A stretch of DNA of 64,000 nt from NCBI GenBank assembly GCA_017500855.1, contig JAFVYC010000003.1:70442-134441 (forward strand). The letters are read 5' to 3'. Within the stretch, counting starts at the first letter, position 1. Every line of letters begins with the position of its first letter. Both the position numbers and the translations under genes were made by a program. This DNA is from Clostridia bacterium (lineage in GTDB: Bacteria; Bacillota; Clostridia; Christensenellales; CAG-314). The notes below the pieces were generated by a model that searched no databases, had not been told where the DNA came from, and saw nothing but the letters and a program-made list of their open reading frames with translations. Positions 28,787 through 38,290 of the stretch are shown here, one piece after another.

Positions 28787-31700
28787 ATGACAGATACAAC
28801 ACAACAATCGTACGTATTACACAAAACATACAACACAAACAACTCTTGGTTCGAATTTGCCAACTTCAAGAGAACAAACACGCCCGAACTAACAACGTAT
28901 TGGGCGGAAAACAACGAGTACTCCGATATGGTTTTGCGCACAGCTTTTCACCCAAAATACCTAGATGAGTACAAATCCGTGTTGACAATCAAGAGATACA
29001 ATCTACCTGGAGGCATTGTTCAAACAACGCTTGAACTAACGCCAAAGGCAAGCGGTACGGTACAAATCAACAACACCAGCTACAATGTTGTTGCCGACGA
29101 ACCATTCTTGGTAGACATTCAAGATTTGATCAGCACTACATCCGGCGTTATCACTTTGGATGTTACAGGGTTTAGTTACAATGATGACCCTTTGCAATTG
29201 TACGCAACAGGAGATCACTCTCCAAAACTCAATGTTGCCTACGCATCTTCCACTCAACCTGCCGTTATTGGCGTGAGTCTAGGCACTCCGCCCACACGAA
29301 CGGCATATCTCGATGGCGAACCGTTCAATAAAGAAGGGCTTTCGGCAAAAATTCACTTTGCCGACGGTGTATACAGGTTTGAAAGTGAAGATTTGGTATG
29401 CGTGCCGGAAATCTTGAGAAGTAGCGACAAAGCCGTAACCGTCATGTACGGAGAATATCCCTATGAACAGCCCGTTAGTGTTTCGGAAGACAACTACTAT
29501 GCCGAAACATGCAAACCCGATGGGGAACATGGAGATAACCCCAAAGTTAACCTTGCAACGGGCAGATTGCTCTACACGTTGCCCGATGCGTCCATCGGCG
29601 CAAACAGCTACACAATTGACATTTTCCACGTGTATAGTTCTCAAATTCCACCCAGCTTCCAAGCAAAAATTGTTGGTATGCCAAACGGTTGGAAATTGAA
29701 TGCGCATCAATTTGTAGAAAAGCAAGCGTCCGGTAGATACCTATACTTTGATGCAACAGGCTACGTGCATCAATTTGTCTTGTTCGACGCAGAACGTGGT
29801 CGCTACAACGACACGAATGGGCAAGGCCTTGTTCTCACAGTTGGCAACCATGGGTGCGAAATTGTCGACGAAGCCGGCAACAAGCTTCAGTTCGACACCG
29901 ATGGCAAACTTGTGGCATCCATTTCTTGCCTTAATCCGCAAATCCGCAAGGTGTACGAGCACGATGAAAGTGGCAAACTTGTGCGCATCTACGATGCAAG
30001 ATGCTTGAACCAAAGCACGCAGTCCTGTCGTGAAAGCATTGTTCTTTTATATGGTTCAAACGGTTTGCTTTCTGCCGTTTTTGCTTGCGAAAACGATGAA
30101 CAAAAACGAGGCAAATTGTTTACGTATACCAATGGGATTCTGACAAAACAACTTCTTTTTGCCTACAACAAGTCGCCCGAAGAATTTATGCAATTTGCAT
30201 ACCTTCCCAAAACAAACGAAGATTCCAACGAGCAGTACTTGGAGCGTGTTCTTGAAGTCAAAAGTGGCAAGCAAATTGTTGTTGGCTACGATTCCGGCAA
30301 GAGGGTAAGCAACGTTTCCTGGGGCTACTACGATGAAAATTCGTACACCACACACCATTTGGAAAAGCAATCTTTTGCTTTTGCCTACAACAGCAACGGA
30401 TCGGAAAGAGTACACAATGCAGTAGTGATAAACAACAAGGGTGTGAGCATGACGTATTTTGTCAATCGCAAGGGACAAATTGTAAGCACTTTCGAAGGAG
30501 CCAACGGTTCATTCAGAACCATGTCTAGAGAGTCTTCCAAGCGCATTGAATTGGAAGATAATGTCTCCTACACAACTATCAATGGTTTTGACTGTCGCAA
30601 AGTGTTTGGCAAAAGCTATGAGGTTCCAGTCCCCGAAGACTTTGAATTGGCAAGAGGCTTGGCAGAGAAGACTGTTCGTCACTTTGGCTGTGGTTTTTGG
30701 TTGAAACACGAAGAAAGCACCGACAGGCTCAAAGTCAAATTGCAGTACGCATTTGCAAAAAATGGTGTAGTGCAAAACACAATGGAGTCGGAGACTTTTG
30801 TTGATGGCTTTGCCTCTTCTTGTTGGCAAAAGGTTGTGCTTCCAATGGAAGCCCCTTCAAGGGACAAGGACAACGATTCTATCATCCTGCATTCGCTAAA
30901 AATCGTTTTGCAAAATGGGCAACAAGAAAAAGTCGGTGCATACTATATCAGTAGCATCACATTCGAGCCTTTTCCCCAAACAGAATTGTTTCTTTCGGGG
31001 GAACACCCATTGAAGTTCAAGGATTGTGGATTTGTCAAGCTTGCAGACTGCAACGGTTCTACAATAGCTGTTTTTGACAATTTTTCCACTGCCGATCTTT
31101 TCATGACTGAACAGGACGTGCTCAAAACCTTGTTCAATCAAAAGTTCAACACCTACAAAATTGGCATTGACGACTGTTTCGATGCTGTGTGCAACAGTGG
31201 TGCAAAAAGAATTGCAAACGTTCACAAATTGCACGTCTACAAAATTGCACAAGAGTGGAACGACATTCAAAGTCAATCGCCCATTTGCTCGCAAATGATT
31301 TCTGTAGACGACAAAACAATTACAACGCAAACCTACACTTTCTTTGACGGAAAAGACTACTGTGAAGCAGAAACCAAATGCGAAAGTTTCCCAGATGGCA
31401 TCGGTAGTGACGAAAGTACTACAAGCACAATATTGCAACGTTCAAACAAGTACGGGCAACAGTTGTTTCAAATTGACGAGTACGGCAAGAAAACCTTGTA
31501 CACCTACGACGAGATTGGCAACCTCACCAAGCAAGAAATCATTGGCGAAGATGGCAAGAAAATGTGCTTCGAGGCACAGTTCGACACCCACAAAGAGTAC
31601 TTGTTGACAGATACCGACGGACAAGCGGAAACACAACACCAGTACGTCACTCCGGAAGCAATTGTTTCCTCTCAATCACTGTTTGGTGTGACACAGCAAG

Positions 31701-34273
31701 TAGATTTCGACAACTACATGCGCCATCCACAAAAAATTTCCATTTTCGAGTCGGCAACTCCGCAAAACAAACTGGAAAACACCTTTACCTACGCTAACGA
31801 TGCTGTGGCAACCGTGACCAACGGCGTTGTCAAGTATGGAACGGCGTTCAACAAAGCAACGGACACAACAACCTACTCGCAGTTTGAAAGTCTAAACTCC
31901 ACACTGCAAACAACTCTTCAAACCACGCAGTTGTTGCATAACACTGACGGTTCGGAAACACTCAAAACAACCTACACAAGGGGCACTTCCCAACAAGATG
32001 AGTTTTCAACAACTGTCAACAAGTACGGCAAAATTGTTTCTTGTGCAGATGCAAATGAGACTACCGCCATCTATACCTACCAAGACAGCAACTCTTGCCA
32101 CGCCAACGACCTTGTGGCAGAAATTCAAGACAATCTCGAGCACACCAAAACACAATTTTTCTACAACGACGATGGCAGTTTGGCAAAATGGAGCAAAACC
32201 AACCTTGCCGACAATTCCGCAGTGTTGGACGTGCATCAAATTTTCCAAGGCGACACAAAGTACACCTTTGGCGAAAACGAAAAGTACTACTCTCACGTTG
32301 TCTACGACACTCAACACACCATGAATCCTCAAATTGTTTCCACGGGCATTTCCAGGGACAAAAACACCGACAACGATGACGACGTCAAGGAATTTGCGGA
32401 ATTCCGTCGCAACTACATCTACGACTCCCTTGGAAGGTTGACAGCAAAACAAACACAAGGACCTGTTGAACAGTCGCACAGCAGGCAGTACTTGGCAGTA
32501 GACAACAAGGAAACTTCCCTTGTAAGCTCCGATGGCTACCATTTGTACAACAAAATCGTCATGCCTTCAAGCTACGTCGAGACCCAAGGAAACATTGTTC
32601 ACAACTACACCTTCGATGCAAAGCAACAAATCACACAAATCGAAGCAAACTACAACTTCTTGCACACAAGCACCGTTATTGATGCCTACACGGGAACACA
32701 CATCGACTACTACCCAACTTGCACAAAAGAACTAACACAACAATTCCAGTACGACACTTTTGGCAGAATTGTGCACGAAACACACAGCGGAATGGGCGTT
32801 AATAACACCTACACCTACGACACGTTTGGCAGGTTGAGTTCCGTTGCAAGCAATGGTTCAACAAGAACGTTTGCCTACAATTCTCTTGGCAGGTTGGAAT
32901 CCGCCGGTAACACAACCTTTGTGTACGACATGTTTGGCAACCGTATCAGTAGCACAACCGACGGAATGTCAACAAATTTCACGTACGTTCGTGGAAATTT
33001 GCTTGCAGGTGTTGACAGCAACATTTTGTACGAGTATAATAAGGACGGAGCAAGATTCCAAAAGACGGTAGATGGCGTTGTAACAAAGTACTTCCTTGAC
33101 GGTCACCGAATCATGGGCGAAAACCGTGGAACGAACACCATTCGCTACTTCTACGACATTGATGGATTGTGTGGCATTCGCTACAACGGCCAAAACTACA
33201 ACGTGGTAAGGGATGCCCTTGGCAACGTTGTTGCAATCATCAAGGACGCGCAAATCCTTGCTCGCTACGAGTACGATAGCCTTGGCAATTGCAAGGTGTA
33301 CAACCTTGGCAATTCTACCATTGGCGACGTCAACCCATTCCGTTGGAAAGGCCACTACTTCGACACGGAAACCGGCTTCTACTACATCAACGGACGCTAC
33401 TACGACCCACAAACAGCAAGCTTTTTGGATGCGGAATCTGTAAGCGCAGTATTTGCCGATTCGGACAACCCACTTGCATTGGATCGCAACGGCATTGCTT
33501 GCGTCAACACCTTTGCATTTGCCATCAACGCAACCAATGTTTTCACCCATTTGGAAATGTTTGCCGACATCAACTACGACATCAACGCAAACAAACCCTG
33601 GTGGGAAATTGCTTGGAACGCAGTTGTAAACTGGTTTGCAAAAACCATGCACGCCATCACCAAATGGTACGACAGTATTCCAAATTGGCTAAAATGGGTT
33701 GTTGGAATTGGAGTTTTAGCGGTACTAGCCATTGCCACAGTTGCTACAGGTGGGGCTTCAGGCGGTGTAGTTGGATTTATTCTGGCAGAAGCCCTAAAGG
33801 GAGCCGCAATCGGAGCAGTGTCAAGTGCGCTGAGTAACGGCATCATAGAAGGAATTAAATCTGCCAAAACCGAAGAAGGTTTCTGGTCTGGCTTTTTTGA
33901 TGGAGCGGCAGATGGATTTATGTCTGGAGCAATCATAGGTGGAATCACAGGTGCCATTAGCGGTGGGGTTCAAGTTTCAAGGGCAGCATCTTGTTGGGAT
34001 AAGGGAACCTTTTCATCTAAGTATAAATCTATGAAGCATCACTACAAAGAACAGGTTATTAAAAAAGGACTACAGAAAGGTAATTCTATCGTAAAATACA
34101 CGAATGATGCAATAAGATTTGCTGACAATAATGGTTTAAATTTCGCACTAAATCCAAGTAGAAATGGATTGCAAAATTCATGGACTCTCCCAAGGGCATT
34201 TGGTAGCGGAATGAATGGATTATATACTGCTTCGGGGAAAATTATAACATTTCATTATTTCTATAAATGGTAG
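28787..34273 (+). CDS. RHS/YD-repeat polymorphic toxin (1828 aa) with a variable C-terminal toxin tip
   Basis: Many YD repeats (YDEIGNL, YDSLGRL, YDTFGRI, YDTFGRL, YNSLGRL, YDMFGNR). The core ends at PFRWKGHYFDTETGFYYINGRYYDPQTASFLDAES. A Gly-zipper/TM-like region and a ~110-aa tail follow. AAGGAGA RBS before ATG 28787; the tracked start 28634 overlaps the GT gene and was rejected. Confidence 0.9.
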   Translation: MTDTTQQSYVLHKTYNTNNSWFEFANFKRTNTPELTTYWAENNEYSDMVLRTAFHPKYLDEYKSVLTIKRYNLPGGIVQTTLELTPKASGTVQINNTSYNVVADEPFLVDIQDLISTTSGVITLDVTGFSYNDDPLQLYATGDHSPKLNVAYASSTQPAVIGVSLGTPPTRTAYLDGEPFNKEGLSAKIHFADGVYRFESEDLVCVPEILRSSDKAVTVMYGEYPYEQPVSVSEDNYYAETCKPDGEHGDNPKVNLATGRLLYTLPDASIGANSYTIDIFHVYSSQIPPSFQAKIVGMPNGWKLNAHQFVEKQASGRYLYFDATGYVHQFVLFDAERGRYNDTNGQGLVLTVGNHGCEIVDEAGNKLQFDTDGKLVASISCLNPQIRKVYEHDESGKLVRIYDARCLNQSTQSCRESIVLLYGSNGLLSAVFACENDEQKRGKLFTYTNGILTKQLLFAYNKSPEEFMQFAYLPKTNEDSNEQYLERVLEVKSGKQIVVGYDSGKRVSNVSWGYYDENSYTTHHLEKQSFAFAYNSNGSERVHNAVVINNKGVSMTYFVNRKGQIVSTFEGANGSFRTMSRESSKRIELEDNVSYTTINGFDCRKVFGKSYEVPVPEDFELARGLAEKTVRHFGCGFWLKHEESTDRLKVKLQYAFAKNGVVQNTMESETFVDGFASSCWQKVVLPMEAPSRDKDNDSIILHSLKIVLQNGQQEKVGAYYISSITFEPFPQTELFLSGEHPLKFKDCGFVKLADCNGSTIAVFDNFSTADLFMTEQDVLKTLFNQKFNTYKIGIDDCFDAVCNSGAKRIANVHKLHVYKIAQEWNDIQSQSPICSQMISVDDKTITTQTYTFFDGKDYCEAETKCESFPDGIGSDESTTSTILQRSNKYGQQLFQIDEYGKKTLYTYDEIGNLTKQEIIGEDGKKMCFEAQFDTHKEYLLTDTDGQAETQHQYVTPEAIVSSQSLFGVTQQVDFDNYMRHPQKISIFESATPQNKLENTFTYANDAVATVTNGVVKYGTAFNKATDTTTYSQFESLNSTLQTTLQTTQLLHNTDGSETLKTTYTRGTSQQDEFSTTVNKYGKIVSCADANETTAIYTYQDSNSCHANDLVAEIQDNLEHTKTQFFYNDDGSLAKWSKTNLADNSAVLDVHQIFQGDTKYTFGENEKYYSHVVYDTQHTMNPQIVSTGISRDKNTDNDDDVKEFAEFRRNYIYDSLGRLTAKQTQGPVEQSHSRQYLAVDNKETSLVSSDGYHLYNKIVMPSSYVETQGNIVHNYTFDAKQQITQIEANYNFLHTSTVIDAYTGTHIDYYPTCTKELTQQFQYDTFGRIVHETHSGMGVNNTYTYDTFGRLSSVASNGSTRTFAYNSLGRLESAGNTTFVYDMFGNRISSTTDGMSTNFTYVRGNLLAGVDSNILYEYNKDGARFQKTVDGVVTKYFLDGHRIMGENRGTNTIRYFYDIDGLCGIRYNGQNYNVVRDALGNVVAIIKDAQILARYEYDSLGNCKVYNLGNSTIGDVNPFRWKGHYFDTETGFYYINGRYYDPQTASFLDAESVSAVFADSDNPLALDRNGIACVNTFAFAINATNVFTHLEMFADINYDINANKPWWEIAWNAVVNWFAKTMHAITKWYDSIPNWLKWVVGIGVLAVLAIATVATGGASGGVVGFILAEALKGAAIGAVSSALSNGIIEGIKSAKTEEGFWSGFFDGAADGFMSGAIIGGITGAISGGVQVSRAASCWDKGTFSSKYKSMKHHYKEQVIKKGLQKGNSIVKYTNDAIRFADNNGLNFALNPSRNGLQNSWTLPRAFGSGMNGLYTASGKIITFHYFYKW

Positions 34274-34280
34274 GCGCAAC

Positions 34281-34556
34281 ATGACATCATTAGAAAAAAA
34301 TACAATAAAAAATTTTTTGGATTTATCTGTTCCATACGAATTTATGAATTCAACAGATAAGTTGCTGTTTAACGAGTTTTTAAAAGGAATATGCTACACC
34401 TTTGTTAAAAATTCTCGTATCGACGGTGATACTGTAAAAGAAATTGTTTCTCTCAAGAATGAACTTTACAGGGACATCGACCTTTCGGACAATGAAAATT
34501 TCATTTATTTTTGCTTTGTCAAGTTGATAATAGCAATTATGAAAAAATATTCCTAA
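34281..34556 (+). CDS. Putative cognate immunity protein (91 aa)
   Basis: Starts 7 nt after the RHS stop, shares the AT-rich composition of the toxin tip, and is a paralogue of 34902-35195. Confidence 0.55.
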   Translation: MTSLEKNTIKNFLDLSVPYEFMNSTDKLLFNEFLKGICYTFVKNSRIDGDTVKEIVSLKNELYRDIDLSDNENFIYFCFVKLIIAIMKKYS

Positions 34557-34600
34557 TCCCCTAACTATAAATTACAGGAACTTTTCAACCAAGAGTGTGT

Positions 34601-34672
34601 GGGGCAAGCCGTTTGGCTTGCCCTTTTTCCCTACATTTCGCCGCCCCGTGTGTGGAAAAACGGGCAATTTGG
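34601..34672 (+). repeat. Junction element copy A: hairpin GGGGCAAGCC-GTTT-GGCTTGCCC + T-run + ...CCCCGTGTGTGGAAAAACGGGCAATTTGG
   Basis: Hand alignment of its reverse complement with 52975-53047 and 54465-54534. Confidence 0.7.
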
Positions 34673-34918
34673 TACGACAAACTTGGTAGACTAATTCGAG
34701 AAAACAACCCCACTACAGGTATTGACAAAACCGTTGTTTGGTGCTATGATATTAGTGGTAATATCTTGAGTCGTACCGAGTATGACTATACCACAGGCGA
34801 CCTGACAGACGTTGCTCCAACAGCAACATTTGCCTACACGTATGGCTCAAATTGGAAAGATCGGATGGACATTGAGAGTTATAGAACGAAGGAGAATATA
34901 AATGCTTACGCTTGCTGA
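34644..34918 (+). pseudogene. Orphan internal RHS fragment (no N-terminus, no toxin domain)
   Basis: Encodes ...WYDKLGRLIRENNPTTGIDKTVVWCYDISGNILSRTEYDYTTGDLTDVAPTATFAYTYGSNWK, then unrelated residues and a stop. About 87% nucleotide identity to 54276-54464 on the opposite strand. Confidence 0.65.
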
Positions 34919-35195
34919 AAAATTTGCAGTTGAAAGATTTCAACAACTAAGAATACCTGCGATTTACAAGCTAGATGATACCGACAATCTATTGTATGCA
35001 GAACATGTCGATTTTGATTTGTGCGAGATGCTGTTGCGAGGCAAAAAAGTTTCAAAAGAGTACGTGCAAGAAGAAATCAAAGAATTCTCGGTATTTTTGG
35101 AGCAAAGTACAATACTAGACTTTGATGATTATGAAAAAGAATATTTCAAGTTACTAGTTGAAGTGGTCAAGATTTTTATCACTCATAATTTGTAA
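34902..35195 (+). CDS. Orphan immunity-like protein (97 aa), paralogue of 34281-34556
   Basis: Shared N-terminal pattern L.EK...F..L..P......TD.LL..E. AAGGAGAAT RBS. Confidence 0.55.
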   Translation: MLTLAEKFAVERFQQLRIPAIYKLDDTDNLLYAEHVDFDLCEMLLRGKKVSKEYVQEEIKEFSVFLEQSTILDFDDYEKEYFKLLVEVVKIFITHNL

Positions 35196-35207
35196 ACCAC
35201 TTTTTAC

Positions 35208-35237
35208 GGCGGAAGAATTTTCTTCCGCTGTTTTTTT
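35208..35237 (+). terminator. Intrinsic terminator
   Basis: GGCGGAAGA / TCTTCCGC stem followed by T7. Confidence 0.75.
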
Positions 35238-35322
35238 ACGAAATGTCTTGCAAAAGTATTGTGTTGTTCTTGCAAAAGATATATATTTTGCGTAAGAATT
35301 TTTGATGTACAGGAGGACTACA

Positions 35323-36171
35323 ATGAAACATCAACTTACACAACAACATTTGCAAGAATTTGCCGACTATTTGAAAAATTGCGAAAAACAACCACAAACC
35401 ATCAGCAAGTACGTGCGAGATTGCACAATGCTTTTGCAATACTTGGGGGAAAAAGCGCTAGACAAAATTGCGCTGTTGGAGTACCGAGACCATCTCAAAA
35501 CGCAAAACTACAAGGTTGCCAGCATCAACGCTTCCGTTTCGTCCATCAACACCCTTGTGGATTTTTTGGGGTGGGGCGAGTGCCGAATTAAACGGCTTAC
35601 CGTGCAAAGCAAAAACTACAACAACCAGGAAGAATTGCTCACAAGGGACGAGTACATTCGGTTGCTTCGTGCAGCAAAAGGCAGGCCCCGTATGCTACTT
35701 ATGCTACAAACAATTTGTTCCACGGGCATTCGTGTGTCGGAGTTGCAGTACTTCACGTTGCAAAGTGCGTTCTCGGGCAAAGTGGTGGTGACAAACAAAA
35801 ACAAAACACGCACAATTTTGCTTCCCGATGCTCTCAGAAAAAGGCTGTACAACTACTGCAAGCAAAACAAAATTTACGGCAACGTGTTTGTTTCTCGGTA
35901 CGGTAAGCCTTTGGACAGGTGCAACATTTGGCGTGGCATGAAGGGGCTTGCAAAGCGTGCCAAGGTCAACCCCGTCAAGGTGTACCCACACAATTTGCGC
36001 AAGTTGTTTGCCCGAAGCTACTACGCCATCGACAGGGACATTGCCACCCTTGCCGACATTCTTGGCCACAGCAACATCAACACAACACGCATCTACATTC
36101 GCAACACCGACAGGGAGCATTTGCGCAAAATAAACAAAATGAAGTTGGTGATGAAAAGCAAAGATTTGTAG
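35323..36171 (+). CDS. Tyrosine site-specific recombinase (phage-integrase / XerC-XerD family)
   Basis: SAM-like N-domain, catalytic signature GIRVSEL ... HNLRKLF ... LGHSNINTTRIY. AGGAGGA RBS. Confidence 0.85.
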   Translation: MKHQLTQQHLQEFADYLKNCEKQPQTISKYVRDCTMLLQYLGEKALDKIALLEYRDHLKTQNYKVASINASVSSINTLVDFLGWGECRIKRLTVQSKNYNNQEELLTRDEYIRLLRAAKGRPRMLLMLQTICSTGIRVSELQYFTLQSAFSGKVVVTNKNKTRTILLPDALRKRLYNYCKQNKIYGNVFVSRYGKPLDRCNIWRGMKGLAKRAKVNPVKVYPHNLRKLFARSYYAIDRDIATLADILGHSNINTTRIYIRNTDREHLRKINKMKLVMKSKDL

Positions 36172-36172
36172 G

Positions 36173-36940
36173 CTAGGCAAACAGCGTTATTGCCGACAGG
36201 GCAAAGGGCACAACAAGGTACACGGCAAACGCCATCCAGCCCTTTTTGGCAAGGGAATTTTTGACCAAGTTTAGCGCAACAAACCCACTTGCAAAGGACA
36301 CAACAACGCCCACCACAATGCAGTACCAAGGCACAATTCCGCTACCCGTGGTTGCCATTTCCCAACTTTCCACCACAACGCTTGCCAAAATGACGGGGAT
36401 GGAAAGCAAAAAGGAAAAGTCGGCGCTTTGCCCCTTGTCCAGCCCAAACAGGCGCATGGTGCAAATGGTGCTTCCACTGCGGGAAAGCCCGGGGAACACG
36501 GCAATGCCCTGCACAATTCCCGTTGCAACAATGGCAAGCCAACTGCAATTTTCCACACCCGTGGTGCCTTTGTTGAAGTTTTCGGCAAGCACAATCAGCA
36601 CAATTGTTGTGGCAAAACCAATGGGAAGTAGCCCAACAAGCACGTGTTCCGGCACAAACAACTTCACAACAAGCGCAATGGCAAAGGTGGGCACGCTTGC
36701 AACAAGCAACCGCCCAAGCAGTTTGTTGGAAAACGGCCTTTTCAACAGCCTTGCAATTGTGCTTCGGTACACAACCAGCACAGCCAACAGCGTGCCGAAG
36801 TGCAACACCACGTCAAAAAACAGGTTGGACGGAACGTTCCACAATTTTTGCGCCAAAACAAGGTGTCCGCTACTGGAAACAGGCAAAAATTCCGTCAAAC
36901 CTTGCAACAAAGCCAAAAATATGCTGTGCAGAAGTGTCAT
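36173..36940 (-). CDS. uppP: Undecaprenyl-diphosphate phosphatase
   Basis: LQGLTEFLPVSSSGHLVL and GLSRSGSTI motifs; multi-pass membrane protein. Confidence 0.9.
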   Translation of the reverse strand: MTLLHSIFLALLQGLTEFLPVSSSGHLVLAQKLWNVPSNLFFDVVLHFGTLLAVLVVYRSTIARLLKRPFSNKLLGRLLVASVPTFAIALVVKLFVPEHVLVGLLPIGFATTIVLIVLAENFNKGTTGVENCSWLAIVATGIVQGIAVFPGLSRSGSTICTMRLFGLDKGQSADFSFLLSIPVILASVVVESWEMATTGSGIVPWYCIVVGVVVSFASGFVALNLVKNSLAKKGWMAFAVYLVVPFALSAITLFA

Positions 36941-37080
36941 AGAGCCCCTTTTTGCATTTACTTTTTTTTCACAATAGTGTAAAATATATATTATTGGTAC
37001 TGTACCAACAACAATGGCAAATGCTTTTGGTACAAGTGTACGCAAATTTTGTAAATTTTAGACCGCAAAGGAGTTACAAT

Positions 37081-38172
37081 ATGAAACTTGGAGTTGTAGG
37101 TTTGCCAAACGTAGGCAAAAGCACACTTTTCAACGCAATCACACAGGCAGGTGCGGAAATTGCCAACTACCCATTTTGCACGATAGAGCCAAACGTGGGC
37201 GTGGTGGCTGTTCCGGACGAAAGGTTGGACAAACTTGCTGCTTTGTACAATAGCAAAAAAATTACGCCAACCTACTTGAAGTTTGTAGACATTGCCGGCC
37301 TTGTTAAGGGCGCAAGCCGTGGCGAAGGTTTGGGCAACAAATTTTTGTCGCACATCCGTGAAGTGGATGCCATCGTGCACGTTGTTCGTTGCTTTGTAGA
37401 CAGCAACATCACCCACGTGGACGACACAATCAACCCCGTTGCCGACATGGAAACCATCAATTTGGAACTTATCCTTGCCGACATCGAAACGGTAAACAAT
37501 CGCCTTGCCAAAGCCATCAACATGCAAAAAACAGGGGACAAAAAGTACAAGGCGGAAGCCGAACTGCTTGCCAAAGTGCTTGCTTGGTTGGAAAGCGAAA
37601 AACCTGCCCGCACGCTTTTGTTGGACGAGGACGAGCAAGCCATGATGGACGAAATGCTTTTGCTCACTTCCAAGCCTGTTATCTACGCAGCAAACATTGC
37701 CGAGGACGACCTTGGCGCACCCACCAACGACCTTGTGAAACAAGTTGAAGCAAAAGCCAAGTTGGAAAACGCCGAAACGCTTGTTATTTGCGCCAAAGTG
37801 GAAGAAGAACTTTCCAAACTGGACGCAGAAGAAAAGGAAATGTTTTTGGAAAGCTACGGCATTGCCGAAAGTGGCTTGAACCGTCTTGTTGCCAAGTGCT
37901 ACAAATTGTTGCATTTGGTAAGCTACCTCACCGCCGGCGAAAAGGAAACTCGTGCTTGGACCATCAACGAAGGCACCAAGGCACCGCAAGCGGCAGGCAA
38001 AATCCACTCCGACTTCGAAAAGGGCTTCATCCGTGCGGAAATTGTGCCCTACGAAACAATGTTGGAAATGGGTGGCTACAACCAAGCCAAGGAACACGGC
38101 AAGGTGCGTAGCGAAGGCAAGGACTACGTCATCAAGGATGGCGACGTGGTGCTGTTCCGCTTCAACGTGTAG
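37081..38172 (+). CDS. ychF: Ribosome-binding ATPase YchF
   Basis: MKLGVVGLPNVGKSTLFNA, DIAGLVKGAS and the C-terminal TGS-like ...IRAEIV.. motif. AAAGGAG RBS. Confidence 0.95.
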   Translation: MKLGVVGLPNVGKSTLFNAITQAGAEIANYPFCTIEPNVGVVAVPDERLDKLAALYNSKKITPTYLKFVDIAGLVKGASRGEGLGNKFLSHIREVDAIVHVVRCFVDSNITHVDDTINPVADMETINLELILADIETVNNRLAKAINMQKTGDKKYKAEAELLAKVLAWLESEKPARTLLLDEDEQAMMDEMLLLTSKPVIYAANIAEDDLGAPTNDLVKQVEAKAKLENAETLVICAKVEEELSKLDAEEKEMFLESYGIAESGLNRLVAKCYKLLHLVSYLTAGEKETRAWTINEGTKAPQAAGKIHSDFEKGFIRAEIVPYETMLEMGGYNQAKEHGKVRSEGKDYVIKDGDVVLFRFNV

Positions 38173-38290
38173 TGCGTGCAAAGGCTTTTTGCCAATTTGA
38201 AGAGTTTCAAGCAAGGTTTTGCCCTTGCAAAAGTAGTTGCGCAATGCAAAAAAAGCCACGGTTTTCTACACTGTGGCAAAGGAGAAAAAC

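Noticed and set aside
35323-36171. The tyrosine recombinase as the integrase of a prophage or integrative element.
   Set aside because: No phage or conjugation genes, tRNA target or flanking att-like direct repeats were found around it. Its codon usage looks host-like. It could even be a chromosomal Xer-type enzyme. Only its adjacency to the RHS cassette repeats is reported.
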